A stretch of DNA of 54,711 nucleotides from Anaerolinea sp. (GCA_014879765.1 JACSRL010000495.1:1-54711), one strand, 5' to 3'; numbered from the stretch's first letter, positions 38,601 to 46,143 are shown. Notes: a model not told the origin generated them from the letters alone. Translations and numbers: made by a program.

Positions 38601-39065
38601 CTATCGAAACGCCGGCATGTCGCCCAGCATCGCCTGCAGCTCGGCCAACTGGCCGGCATAGGCCGGCTCCAGCAGCGGCGGGCACTCGGCCGGCTTCTGC
38701 TGGCCGGCGATCAGCTTCAGAGCGAAGGTGAAGCAGGTCGGCTGGCCGCAGAGGCGGCAATTGGTGCCGGGCAGGAGCTTGAAGGCAGCCATGGGCGCCG
38801 GCCGTTGGCGCGCCTCGAAGTCGGGCTCGATCTCGTTGCGGCGCTCCCAGGCGCGGTTGACCAGCTTGACCAGACCATCGACCTCATCGACCGCGGCCTG
38901 CCGGTCCTCCACGTTGCTGACGGCGATGCGATCGGCCTGGAAGACGACGAAGTGGCCGGCCTTGCGCCAACTCAGGGCCGGCACAGCCGGGTTGTAGAGC
39001 GCGCCGCGCAGGGTGGCGTTGAGGTAGGGCAACGCCTCGCGGATGTCGACCGGCACAAAGGCCAT
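38601..39065 (-). CDS. Fe-S-cluster-domain (PF04060-like) protein, 5' end apparently severed by the IS
   Basis: C-terminal LPGTNCRLCGQPTCFTFALKLIAGQQKPAECP resembles the corrinoid-protein/RACo-type Fe-S domain. ATG 39065 lies 1-8 nt from the IS end. Confidence 0.65.
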   Translation of the reverse strand: MAFVPVDIREALPYLNATLRGALYNPAVPALSWRKAGHFVVFQADRIAVSNVEDRQAAVDEVDGLVKLVNRAWERRNEIEPDFEARQRPAPMAAFKLLPGTNCRLCGQPTCFTFALKLIAGQQKPAECPPLLEPAYAGQLAELQAMLGDMPAFR

Positions 39066-39141
39066 GGCGCTGATGAACCTTAAGAATTTATTTCGGTAAT
39101 TGTGATTTTTGTGGCATAATGGCCATCAGGAGGTGGCTGCT

Positions 39142-39465
39142 ATGCCCAAACGTCGCTATGTTGACCTGAAACCTGCCAATGTGCAGGAGCTGGAGGCCAT
39201 CAGGGATCGCCATCCCAAGGCCTACATGCGTGAGCGAGCCACGGCCTTGTTGAAGATCAACGCTGGGACTTCACCGCATCAGGTGGCGCGGCATGGTCTT
39301 CTGAAGTCAAGAGATCCGGACACGATCTACCAGTGGATCGACCGCTTTGAAGATGAAGGCGTTGCAGGTCTGGTGATCCGGCAGGGTCGTGGGCGCAAGC
39401 CCGCTTTTTCCCCCTCAGCACGAGAAAGCCGAGGAGGCGAAGCAAGCGATCTTACTGATCCTTAG
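39142..39465 (+). CDS. IS630 transposase, N-terminal HTH part (orfA)
   Basis: ATG 39142 preceded by AGGAGG (MPKRRYVDLKPANVQELEAIRDRHPKAYMRERA..GRGRKPAF). Confidence 0.75.
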   Translation: MPKRRYVDLKPANVQELEAIRDRHPKAYMRERATALLKINAGTSPHQVARHGLLKSRDPDTIYQWIDRFEDEGVAGLVIRQGRGRKPAFSPSARESRGGEASDLTDP

Positions 39466-40300
39466 ACGGTGTCCCAGCCAATTCAACCATCAGCGTAGTC
39501 GTTGGACGTTGTCCATGCTGATGCAGAGCTGTGAGTGGTTGGATGTCACCACCGAGGGTGGCATGAGCCAGATCTTGAAGCGTCTGCACATCAGTTACAA
39601 ACGTGGTCGCGACTACGTGCACAGTCCGGACCCAGATTATGAGCAGAAACGCAAGCTGATCAAGCAGGTGCAAGAACGTTGTCAGGCTGATCCAGAACGT
39701 TTTGTGTTCCTCTATCAGGATGAGCTGACCTACTATCGCCAGCCCACCCTAGCTTGTGCCTACGAAGCTGCAGGCCACCAACAACCTCTGGCTCAACGCA
39801 GCCATAGGTCCAACACTGCACATCGCATTGTGGCAGCGATGAATGGTGTGACCGGCCAGGTGACCTATCGCCAACGTTCTCATACCGACACCAAGTGCTT
39901 GTCTGCCTTCTGGTACGACCTGCGTCAGGCCTATGCGGATGCCGAGATCATCTATGTGGTGCTCGACAACTGGCCTGTCCACTTCCATCCCGATGTGTTG
40001 GCGCCGTTCCAAGCGCAAGATTTGCCCTGGCCACCCAAGTTGCCAGCGAATTGGCCTAAAGAACCCTGTGCAAAAGTCACTCAGGACAACCTGCCGATCC
40101 AGTTGCTCTGTCTGCCAACCTATGCCTCTTGGCTCAATCCCATTGAGAAGCTCTGGCGCTGGCTCAAACAGGACATTCTCCATCTTCATCGGCTCAGCGA
40201 CGATTGGCCAGTTCTGAACCAACAGGTAGCCCAATTTCTGAACAAATTCGGACAGGGCTCTCCTGAGCTTCTCCGCTACACCGGCCTATTACCGCCTTAA
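39389..40300 (+). CDS. IS630 transposase, DDE catalytic part (orfB, +1 frame relative to orfA)
   Basis: Motifs RSRWTLSML, FLYQDE, VVLDNWPVH and SWLNPIEKLW (DDE triad pattern). No independent ATG or RBS. Overlaps orfA across a T5C5 tract. Confidence 0.75.
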   Translation: MGASPLFPPQHEKAEEAKQAILLILRRCPSQFNHQRSRWTLSMLMQSCEWLDVTTEGGMSQILKRLHISYKRGRDYVHSPDPDYEQKRKLIKQVQERCQADPERFVFLYQDELTYYRQPTLACAYEAAGHQQPLAQRSHRSNTAHRIVAAMNGVTGQVTYRQRSHTDTKCLSAFWYDLRQAYADAEIIYVVLDNWPVHFHPDVLAPFQAQDLPWPPKLPANWPKEPCAKVTQDNLPIQLLCLPTYASWLNPIEKLWRWLKQDILHLHRLSDDWPVLNQQVAQFLNKFGQGSPELLRYTGLLPP

Positions 40301-40311
40301 ATTCTTAAGGT

Positions 40312-40380
40312 TCATAAGCGCTCAGCGCCCGGCTCGCAGGGCGGCGTGAAGACGTCGAGTTCATAGCTAGGTATCAACAT
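40312..40380 (-). pseudogene. displaced 5' fragment (22 codons) of the Fe-S-domain gene; stop codon supplied by the IS terminus
   Basis: AGGAGG-CAGC-ATG at 40380, 12 nt after the FmdE stop. Reads MLIPSYELDVFTPPCEPGAERL, then TGA inside the IS end. Confidence 0.5.
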
Positions 40381-40394
40381 GCTGCCTCCTATGT

Positions 40395-40997
40395 TTAGCG
40401 ATCGTAGCCCGAACACGGAATGCACATGATCTTGTCGCCCACGACGCGGCGGTAGGCGTGAGCCACCAGCTCGCCGCACTGGTCACACTTGGCGAAGCCC
40501 ATTACCTCGGGCAGCCAGTTGTAGGGATAGTCGAAGACCGGGCCGACGGTCAGGATTTCGCTCTCCGGCGCGTTCCAGACCAGGTCCACCAGCTCCATCT
40601 GGTCCTCTTCAGAGATCTCGTCGGGCGAGACGCCAGCCGCGCGCTGCTGCATGAAGGCCGACGCGGCGATCTGCTTCTGCAAGGTTGGCTTGTAGGAGAC
40701 GCGCACGGCCCGCTCGCCATCCTTGTCGATCACGGTCACAGCCAGCTTGCCCAGCGGGTTCTTGCGCAGATTGCCCTTGCCGAAGGTGCAGCCGGTGGTG
40801 TATTGCACGCCGTCGCCGAAGCACATGCCGCCGTGCTCCTGGCCGGTCTCGATGATGGCGTAGAGCTGTGTGCCGCCGCTGCGCTTGACGTCCAGCGCCC
40901 GCAGCGCGGCCAAACCCACGCGCACGCCGGCCACGCTGGCCCAGCAGCGGTGGCCGTGAAACTTTAACGTGTCGGTCAAGATCTGAGTGTCGTTCAT
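40395..40997 (-). CDS. FmdE-domain protein with C-terminal zinc-ribbon (200 aa)
   Basis: ORF trimmed to ATG 40997, preceded by AAAGGA. Motifs FHGHRCWASVAGVRVG and CDQCGELV...CIPC. Confidence 0.8.
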   Translation of the reverse strand: MNDTQILTDTLKFHGHRCWASVAGVRVGLAALRALDVKRSGGTQLYAIIETGQEHGGMCFGDGVQYTTGCTFGKGNLRKNPLGKLAVTVIDKDGERAVRVSYKPTLQKQIAASAFMQQRAAGVSPDEISEEDQMELVDLVWNAPESEILTVGPVFDYPYNWLPEVMGFAKCDQCGELVAHAYRRVVGDKIMCIPCSGYDR

Positions 40998-41029
40998 GAT
41001 AGGTCCTTTCAAGCGACGGGATGTGCGCG

Positions 41030-41275
41030 CTATTGGGCAGCGACGGGCTCGAGCAGCGCGCAGATTTGCTTCACGGTCAACACGCGACCGGCGCTGACGA
41101 GCTTGCCGTCGATAGCCAAGCCGGGCGTCAAGAAAATGCCATAGGCCATGATCGCTTTGTAATCGTGAATGTGCCGGACAGTAGCATCGAGACCGATTTG
41201 CTCCACAGCCAGCTCGGCGCGCGTCAGCAGTACCTCGCAGGTAAAGCAGCCAGGTCCCAAGATGTTGATCTCCAT
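41030..41275 (-). CDS. thioredoxin-family small protein (redox-active disulfide protein 2 / Thioredoxin_3-like)
   Basis: ORF trimmed to ATG 41275, preceded by AAAGGAG. Motifs MEINILGPGCFTCEVLL and TPGLAIDGKLV. Confidence 0.8.
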   Translation of the reverse strand: MEINILGPGCFTCEVLLTRAELAVEQIGLDATVRHIHDYKAIMAYGIFLTPGLAIDGKLVSAGRVLTVKQICALLEPVAAQ

Positions 41276-41295
41276 CTTATGCTCCTTTGGGCAGT

Positions 41296-42054
41296 TCACA
41301 TCACACCCAACAAGATCAAGGCGCGCTGCACGGCCAGCAGCACCAGGAATCCAGCGAAGATGCGGCTGAGAGTCAACGACTTGACCCGCTTAGCCATGAA
41401 GCGCGCGCCTAGCCAGGCGCCGATCACGGCCGTGATCGAGGTCAGGATCAGCATCAGCCAGTCGAACTGCGCGTCGCCCATGTGTGCCGCGAACGCCGTG
41501 AATGAGGGCACCGTCACGATCACCGAGTTGGTGGCAGCGGCGATGCGCGCTGTGTAGCCTACCATCACCAGCGTGGGCATCATCAGGAAGCCGGGGCCAA
41601 CGCCCAGAAAGCCGGCGAAGATGCCGATCAGCCCCGAGAAGAAGCCGGCCTTGACCCGCGTGCGGTCGCTGATCTCCAGGGCTTTGCTGTCGTCCATCTT
41701 GGGCGGGAAGGCCATACGGAAGGCCAGGAAGACCAGGACGCCGACGTACATCCACCAGACGATCTCAACGCTGACGAACTGCAACAGCCAGACGCCGATG
41801 GGCGCGACGATGGCGGTGATGATCACCAGCGGGAGGGCCGTGCGCCAGTCCACCATGCCGGCGCGGGCAAAGGTGATCGCCCCAGCGATGGCGGTCAGGC
41901 CATTGAGCCACAGCGACCAGGGCATGATGACGTGTTTGAGGTCGAAGCCGAACAGACCCAGCACGGGTGTAGCGATGAAAGCCACGCCCAGGCCCAACAT
42001 GCCGGCCAGAAACGAAAGGACAAAAAGCAGTGCGCTGAGAATGACGTAGAGCAT
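41296..42054 (-). CDS. TauE/SafE (DUF81) family anion-export permease
   Basis: ORF trimmed to ATG 42054, preceded by AAGGAGA. About 8 TM helices. Duplicated G-rich motifs LAGMLGLGVAFIATPVL and FAGFLGVGPGFLMMPTL. Confidence 0.85.
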   Translation of the reverse strand: MLYVILSALLFVLSFLAGMLGLGVAFIATPVLGLFGFDLKHVIMPWSLWLNGLTAIAGAITFARAGMVDWRTALPLVIITAIVAPIGVWLLQFVSVEIVWWMYVGVLVFLAFRMAFPPKMDDSKALEISDRTRVKAGFFSGLIGIFAGFLGVGPGFLMMPTLVMVGYTARIAAATNSVIVTVPSFTAFAAHMGDAQFDWLMLILTSITAVIGAWLGARFMAKRVKSLTLSRIFAGFLVLLAVQRALILLGVM

Positions 42055-42077
42055 GGAGATCTCCTTGCTCGTAAGCC

Positions 42078-42428
42078 TCAACTGGAGGCAGGCAGGAATT
42101 GGTCGATGGCGTCCATGGCGTGGGCAGCGTAGATCGAAGCCGGGCCGCCGCCCATCATCAGGGCGACGCCGATGGTCTCCAGCAGCTCGGCGCGGCTGGC
42201 GCCGGCCGCCACCGCGTCGTGGGTGTGATAGGCGATGCAGCCGTCGCAGTGAACGGCGATGCCGATGGCCAGGGCCATCAGCTCTTTGGTCTTGGCGTCC
42301 AGCGCGCCGGCCTCGACTGCCTTTTTGTGCAGGCGGGCAAAGCCGGTCATGGGGCCGGGAAGCTCCCGTCCCAGTTGCGCCAGGCGCTGTTCCAGGTGTT
42401 GGTGGTAAGCAACGTAGTCAGTGGTCAT
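42078..42428 (-). CDS. carboxymuconolactone decarboxylase/AhpD-like family protein with CxxC
   Basis: ORF trimmed to ATG 42428, preceded by GAGGA. Motif LDAKTKELMALAIGIAVHCDGCIAYH. Confidence 0.85.
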   Translation of the reverse strand: MTTDYVAYHQHLEQRLAQLGRELPGPMTGFARLHKKAVEAGALDAKTKELMALAIGIAVHCDGCIAYHTHDAVAAGASRAELLETIGVALMMGGGPASIYAAHAMDAIDQFLPASS

Positions 42429-42448
42429 GATGTCCTCAATTCTGTGTT

Positions 42449-42519
42449 CGCAGACTTCGGAAGTCGCCGGTCTTAACCCAGCAAAGCCAGTTTGCATCCG
42501 GTGACTTCCGAAGTCTCGG
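42449..42519. repeat. inverted pair of GACTTCGGAAGTC-containing 22-mers
   Basis: CGCAGACTTCGGAAGTCGCCGG (42449-42470) and CCGGTGACTTCCGAAGTCTCGG (42498-42519). Each core is itself palindromic. Confidence 0.8.
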
Positions 42520-42522
42520 GTC

Positions 42523-43242
42523 CTAGGCCGCCAGCGCCGGCTCGAACAGGTCCGTCCAGCCTGTGCCGTTGGCAGATATGGGCCGGGCCAGGGTGAAGTA
42601 TTCGTGACAGGCGAGGCGCTCGGCTTCGGCCTCAGGCGGCCCGGAGAAGGGCGGATTCTGGCTGGCGTGGCACTGCATCGCGCGCACCTTGGCCAGCAGG
42701 TGGTCGGCGATGTCGATAGCCGCCACCGGGCCGCCGGCCAGCTCGCGGCCGGGAACCACGCCGCAGCCCTGCAAGGTCGCCTCGGAGGGCGCCAGATAGT
42801 AGAGCCGTGCGGACAGCCCGGCTTGGTCGAAGGCGGCTGTGGTGAAACGGTGGATGGCCAGGTGATCCGGGTGGCCGGAGATGCCGTCGGGGCCGAAAGT
42901 GATCACGGCCTCCGGCTGCAAGGCCCTTATTATATCGACCAGTTGGCCAACAATCGTGGCAGGGTCGGCGGCTGCCAACTGGCCGTCAAGATAGCCCAGA
43001 AAGCGCACGCCGGCCAGCCCCAGCGCAGTGCCTGCAGCCTGTAGCTCCTGACTGCGCACCTGCGCCGTCTCCTCGGCAGACAGCTGGGGGATGCCGGCTT
43101 CGCCGCGTGTGGCGCAGACCAGCGTCACCCGCGCGCCCTGCGCTGCGTACTTAGCCAGCGTGCCGCCCATGGGAAAGCTCTCATCGTCAGGGTGGGCCAG
43201 CACGACCAATACGGTTGGCGTGTTCGATGTAGCGTCCATCAC
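42523..43242 (-). CDS. PIG-L/LmbE-family N-acetylglucosaminyl deacetylase (BshB/MshB-like)
   Basis: Motifs VLAHPDDESFPMGGTL, GEAG and HPDH. The start is GTG 43242 or ATG 43239. Confidence 0.85.
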   Translation of the reverse strand: MMDATSNTPTVLVVLAHPDDESFPMGGTLAKYAAQGARVTLVCATRGEAGIPQLSAEETAQVRSQELQAAGTALGLAGVRFLGYLDGQLAAADPATIVGQLVDIIRALQPEAVITFGPDGISGHPDHLAIHRFTTAAFDQAGLSARLYYLAPSEATLQGCGVVPGRELAGGPVAAIDIADHLLAKVRAMQCHASQNPPFSGPPEAEAERLACHEYFTLARPISANGTGWTDLFEPALAA

Positions 43243-43346
43243 TCATTTCCAGTTGGCTTTGTACGACCAAATCACTCAATATGCGGTTTATTGCATGTAA
43301 AAAGACCTGCGAAAACCCTGCGACACCAGGTCGCAAGGTGTTGCCC

Positions 43347-43601
43347 TTAATTAACCGCAGCAGCGCTGGCCAGCCAGCCGCTGATATCGGCCACGCTGGG
43401 AATGCGACCGCCGGCGACCAGCTTGCCTTCGATCACCAGGCCGGGCGTGAAGAGCAGGCCGTATTTGGGGTACTCGGCACGGTCGGTGACGTGTTCGATC
43501 TCGGCTTCCAGGCCCAACTGGGCCACGGCCTCCCTGGCGTGCTCCTCGACCAGATGGCAGTTGTTGCAGCCAGGGCCGAGGACTTTGATGTTGATGGGCA
43601 T
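43347..43601 (-). CDS. thioredoxin-family small protein (Thioredoxin_3-like), second copy
   Basis: ORF trimmed to ATG 43601, preceded by AAGGAGA. Motifs MPINIKVLGPGCNNCHL and TPGLVIEGKLV. Confidence 0.8.
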   Translation of the reverse strand: MPINIKVLGPGCNNCHLVEEHAREAVAQLGLEAEIEHVTDRAEYPKYGLLFTPGLVIEGKLVAGGRIPSVADISGWLASAAAVN

Positions 43602-43636
43602 GGGGATGTCTCCTTGACGAACGGCATGTGAGGAGG

Positions 43637-43729
43637 CGTAACCCGTAATGCGTATTCCGTAATCGGAATGGAGCAACCTGGCTGCTTCATCCGGGTTACG
43701 AGTTACGTGTTACGCATTACTCGCTACGC
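43637..43729. repeat. two opposed arrays of heptad repeats (CGTAAYN / NGTTACG) filling an intercistronic spacer
   Basis: The left array is CGTAACC CGTAATG CGTATTC CGTAATC. The right array is GGTTACG AGTTACG TGTTACG CATTACT CGCTACG. The OsmC stop codon (43726-43724) lies in the last unit. Confidence 0.8.
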
Positions 43730-44194
43730 ACCCTGCTGATCGATAAGCACGATAATCTTCGGTTCGACAACAATCTCGCTCTTGACCGAGTTCGCCACCA
43801 GGCTGTACTTCTGGGCCGAAGCCAGGGCGCGGTGGATGCGCTTTTCGGTGGCGGCAGCGTCTTCGCCGGTCGCGGGGCGCACGGTGATCTCCGGGTAGAA
43901 ATAGAGGTGGGTGAAGATCTCGGTGCGGTCCAGCTCGATCTTCTTGACGCCGTCGGTGCGGCAGGTGAAGCTGACCAGGTCGATCTTGAAGCGCTCCACG
44001 GCCCAGAGGAACATCATCATCACGCAGGTGTTGGCCGCAGCGACGAAGGCGTCCTCCGGCGTCAGCACCCCTTCGTGGCCGTAGGCGTCGGGCGGCGCGG
44101 AGAACATCATCTGCGGGCCGTTGCCCATGACGATGTGGCCCCAGTGGTCGCCCTTCCATTGGACGGAGGTGGTATAGGTGGCGGTCTTAGCCAT
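43724..44194 (-). CDS. OsmC/Ohr-family peroxiredoxin-like protein (156 aa)
   Basis: ORF 43724..44416 trimmed to ATG 44194. Motifs GVLTPEDAFVAAANTCVMMMF and SFTCRTDG (two conserved Cys). Confidence 0.85.
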   Translation of the reverse strand: MAKTATYTTSVQWKGDHWGHIVMGNGPQMMFSAPPDAYGHEGVLTPEDAFVAAANTCVMMMFLWAVERFKIDLVSFTCRTDGVKKIELDRTEIFTHLYFYPEITVRPATGEDAAATEKRIHRALASAQKYSLVANSVKSEIVVEPKIIVLIDQQGA

Positions 44195-44939
44195 GAGCCT
44201 GCTCCTTGGCCGCGCAGAAGCTCTGCCAGGCGATGGCGACGGCCTCGACGTAAGCGACGTCGTCCTCGGTCGGGATGGTGTTGTAGAGGCGCACGGTGTC
44301 CATGAGTTGGGCGGGAACGGTGGACGCTCCAGCGGCCTGGCTGTTAACCGGCACGTGCAGCCCTTGTCCATAGGCCATCTCCAGGATCGGGTCCAGGGCC
44401 ATGATCTCCAGCGCACGGCCGTTGACCTGGACGCGGGTGACGGGGATGCCCGAGCCGCAGGCGCAGCCGGCGCTGCTGACCCTGGCCGGCTCGCTGGCCT
44501 CCAGCACCTTGCCCTCGGCCCGGCTCCAACGGGAGGCCATCAGGTGATCGACCTCGGCTGCGATGGCCTCAGCCAGGGCATCCACGACGGGCTGGCTCTC
44601 GGGCGTCAGACGGCGCAGCCCCTGCGGCCGCGGCAGGCCGCGCTCGGCCAGCACGTCATCCAGCAGGATGCTGGCGGCCGGTTTGTTGCTGTACAGCTCG
44701 GTGGCGCGGGCCGCGCAGCGCTTCTCGCAGCCATCCACGGCGATGGTGGGGTAGAACTTGGCGAAGGCACGGTCGCCCTCGCCGCCGGCCAGGAAGAGCG
44801 GCAGGCAGATGGTCACGGTGTCGGCTGGCCGCAGCTCCTCCAGCACCCGGAGCGCGGCCAGCCGCGTCACGGTGCCTTCGGCCATCTCCTCGCCGGAGCA
44901 GGCCACGATACCGACTTTGCGTTGGGGTAGACTGGGCAT
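44187..44939 (-). CDS. DGC-domain (putative zinc-binding) protein with C-terminal extension (250 aa)
   Basis: Motifs VGIVACSGEEMAEGTVTR and TIAVDGCEKRCA (DGC motif). Extension contains SSAGCACGSG. RBS GAAAGGA. Confidence 0.7.
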   Translation of the reverse strand: MPSLPQRKVGIVACSGEEMAEGTVTRLAALRVLEELRPADTVTICLPLFLAGGEGDRAFAKFYPTIAVDGCEKRCAARATELYSNKPAASILLDDVLAERGLPRPQGLRRLTPESQPVVDALAEAIAAEVDHLMASRWSRAEGKVLEASEPARVSSAGCACGSGIPVTRVQVNGRALEIMALDPILEMAYGQGLHVPVNSQAAGASTVPAQLMDTVRLYNTIPTEDDVAYVEAVAIAWQSFCAAKEQAHG

Positions 44940-44952
44940 GGTAGATCCTTTC

Positions 44953-45055
44953 AGAAGGGAACTGAGGGGAACTGGAGGAGCTGGGGGAGCTCAGATAGTT
45001 CCTTCGAGTTCCTCTCAGTTCCTCTCAGTTCCTCTCAGTTCCTGTGAGTTCTTCC
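44953..45055. repeat. long imperfect hairpin made of inverted 10-mer tandem repeats between the two DGC genes
   Basis: The right arm has CCTCTCAGTT three times perfectly (45011-45040) plus variants. The left arm has GGGAACTGAG, GGGAACTGGA, GGAGCTGGG and GGAGCTCAGA. The last 6 codons and stop of the upstream DGC gene lie inside the array. Confidence 0.85.
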
Positions 45056-45426
45056 GCCGCCTGCGCGACTTCCTCTGCCAGGGCGCGGGCCAGGGCGAGG
45101 CCGCCTTCGTTCAGCTCGGCGATGCCCTGGGGCTTGAACTGCTTGTTGCGGCGGTAGCAGTCCAGCACAGTGAACTCGCGCGCGGCCGCGCCGCCGGCCT
45201 GGCTGACGTTGACCGTCGCGCAGGCCAGCTTGCAGCCGTCCAGCGTGATCACCTGTGCGTCCCGCACGGCAGCCTGCGCGTCCTCGTCGCCCAGCACCAG
45301 CAGGGACAACGGCACGATCTGGGTGTCGTCCGGCCGGAGTTCCTCGGCAACCAGGTAGGCGGCCTCGCGCGTTACGGTGCCATAGCTCTTGCCGATGCCG
45401 CTGCACGGCACGATGATCACGTTCAT
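45025..45426 (-). CDS. DGC-domain (putative zinc-binding) protein (133 aa)
   Basis: Motifs IIVPCSGIGKSYGTVTR and ITLDGCKLACA. The start overlaps the gcvH-like stop as ATGA. Confidence 0.75.
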   Translation of the reverse strand: MNVIIVPCSGIGKSYGTVTREAAYLVAEELRPDDTQIVPLSLLVLGDEDAQAAVRDAQVITLDGCKLACATVNVSQAGGAAAREFTVLDCYRRNKQFKPQGIAELNEGGLALARALAEEVAQAAEELTGTERN

Positions 45427-45872
45427 TTGGCGGCCTCCGCTTCAGCCTGGGCCGTCATGACCACCAAGTATTGCTCGGCGTCCAACAGACCGGGCACGGG
45501 CCACTGCGCCGGACGCACCTCCACCAGCCAGCCGCGGCCGTAGGGGTCCTGATTGATCAGCTCCGGCGCGTCCTCCAGCGCCTCGTTGACGGCCACGATC
45601 TCGCCGTCGAAGGGCGCTTGCACCTCCAGGTCGACCTTGATGGTCTCGACGGTGGCCAGTTCCTTGCCGGCGGCCACAGACTGTCCCGGCTCAGGCAGGC
45701 TGACGAAGGCCACATCGCCGCTGGACTGCTGGGTAAAATCGCTCAGACCCAGACGGGCGACGCCGCCGGCTTCGTTCATATCCGCCCAAATGCCGTTCTC
45801 GTTGTAGAGATTGCCCATCTTCACCCGGAAGATGAACTTGTCGACGGTGGTCTCGAGATAGTCTTGGCTCAT
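45423..45872 (-). CDS. glycine-cleavage H-protein-like lipoyl-carrier protein
   Basis: Motifs GLSDFTQQSSGDVAFVSLPEPG, ATVETIKVDLEVQAPFDGEIVAVN (conserved Lys position) and NQDPYGRGWL. Confidence 0.8.
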   Translation of the reverse strand: MSQDYLETTVDKFIFRVKMGNLYNENGIWADMNEAGGVARLGLSDFTQQSSGDVAFVSLPEPGQSVAAGKELATVETIKVDLEVQAPFDGEIVAVNEALEDAPELINQDPYGRGWLVEVRPAQWPVPGLLDAEQYLVVMTAQAEAEAAK

Positions 45873-46093
45873 AGCTCCGTTCCTTTACACCCATCACGAT
45901 TTGTGCATATTTGGCAAATCGCATATGATACCGGTTGTAGCGCGTTGTTGTGTTCGACACAGCAGCTACGCTGAAAAATATCACGATTTAGGCTAATCAT
46001 GCATCTCCAAGGTCTATAATCACGCCAGGCCGGCGTGAACAGCGTCTCAGTAGCAACCGCATCGATGCGTGCATGATAGCACAAAGCAAGGCC

Positions 46094-46113
46094 CTATGCA
46101 AATTTCTGCATAG
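46094..46113. promoter_or_regulatory. 20-bp palindrome, candidate ArsR operator
   Basis: CTATGCA-AATTTC-TGCATAG lies 31 nt upstream of the arsR-type ATG (46144). It sits in the 271-nt divergent region shared with the gcvH-like operon. Confidence 0.4.
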
Positions 46114-46143
46114 AGCATAACAAGATATTTCCCGGCAAGACTC

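Larger units (their letters stand above)
39074..40314 (+). mobile_element. IS630-family insertion sequence (about 1.24 kb)
   Basis: Terminal inverted repeats TGAACCTTAAGAATTTA..GGTAAT (left) and ATTACC..TAAATTCTTAAGGTTCA (right). Identity extends to 30 of 34 positions over 39067-39100 versus 40288-40321. Flanked by GA on the left and TA on the right. Encodes an HTH plus DDE transposase. Confidence 0.8.

Noticed and set aside
44997-45055. Possible CRISPR array (regularly spaced short repeats)
   Set aside because: The units are 10 nt and directly abutting, with no spacers. The neighbouring arm is their inverted complement, and there are no cas genes. It is a tandem-repeat palindrome, not CRISPR.
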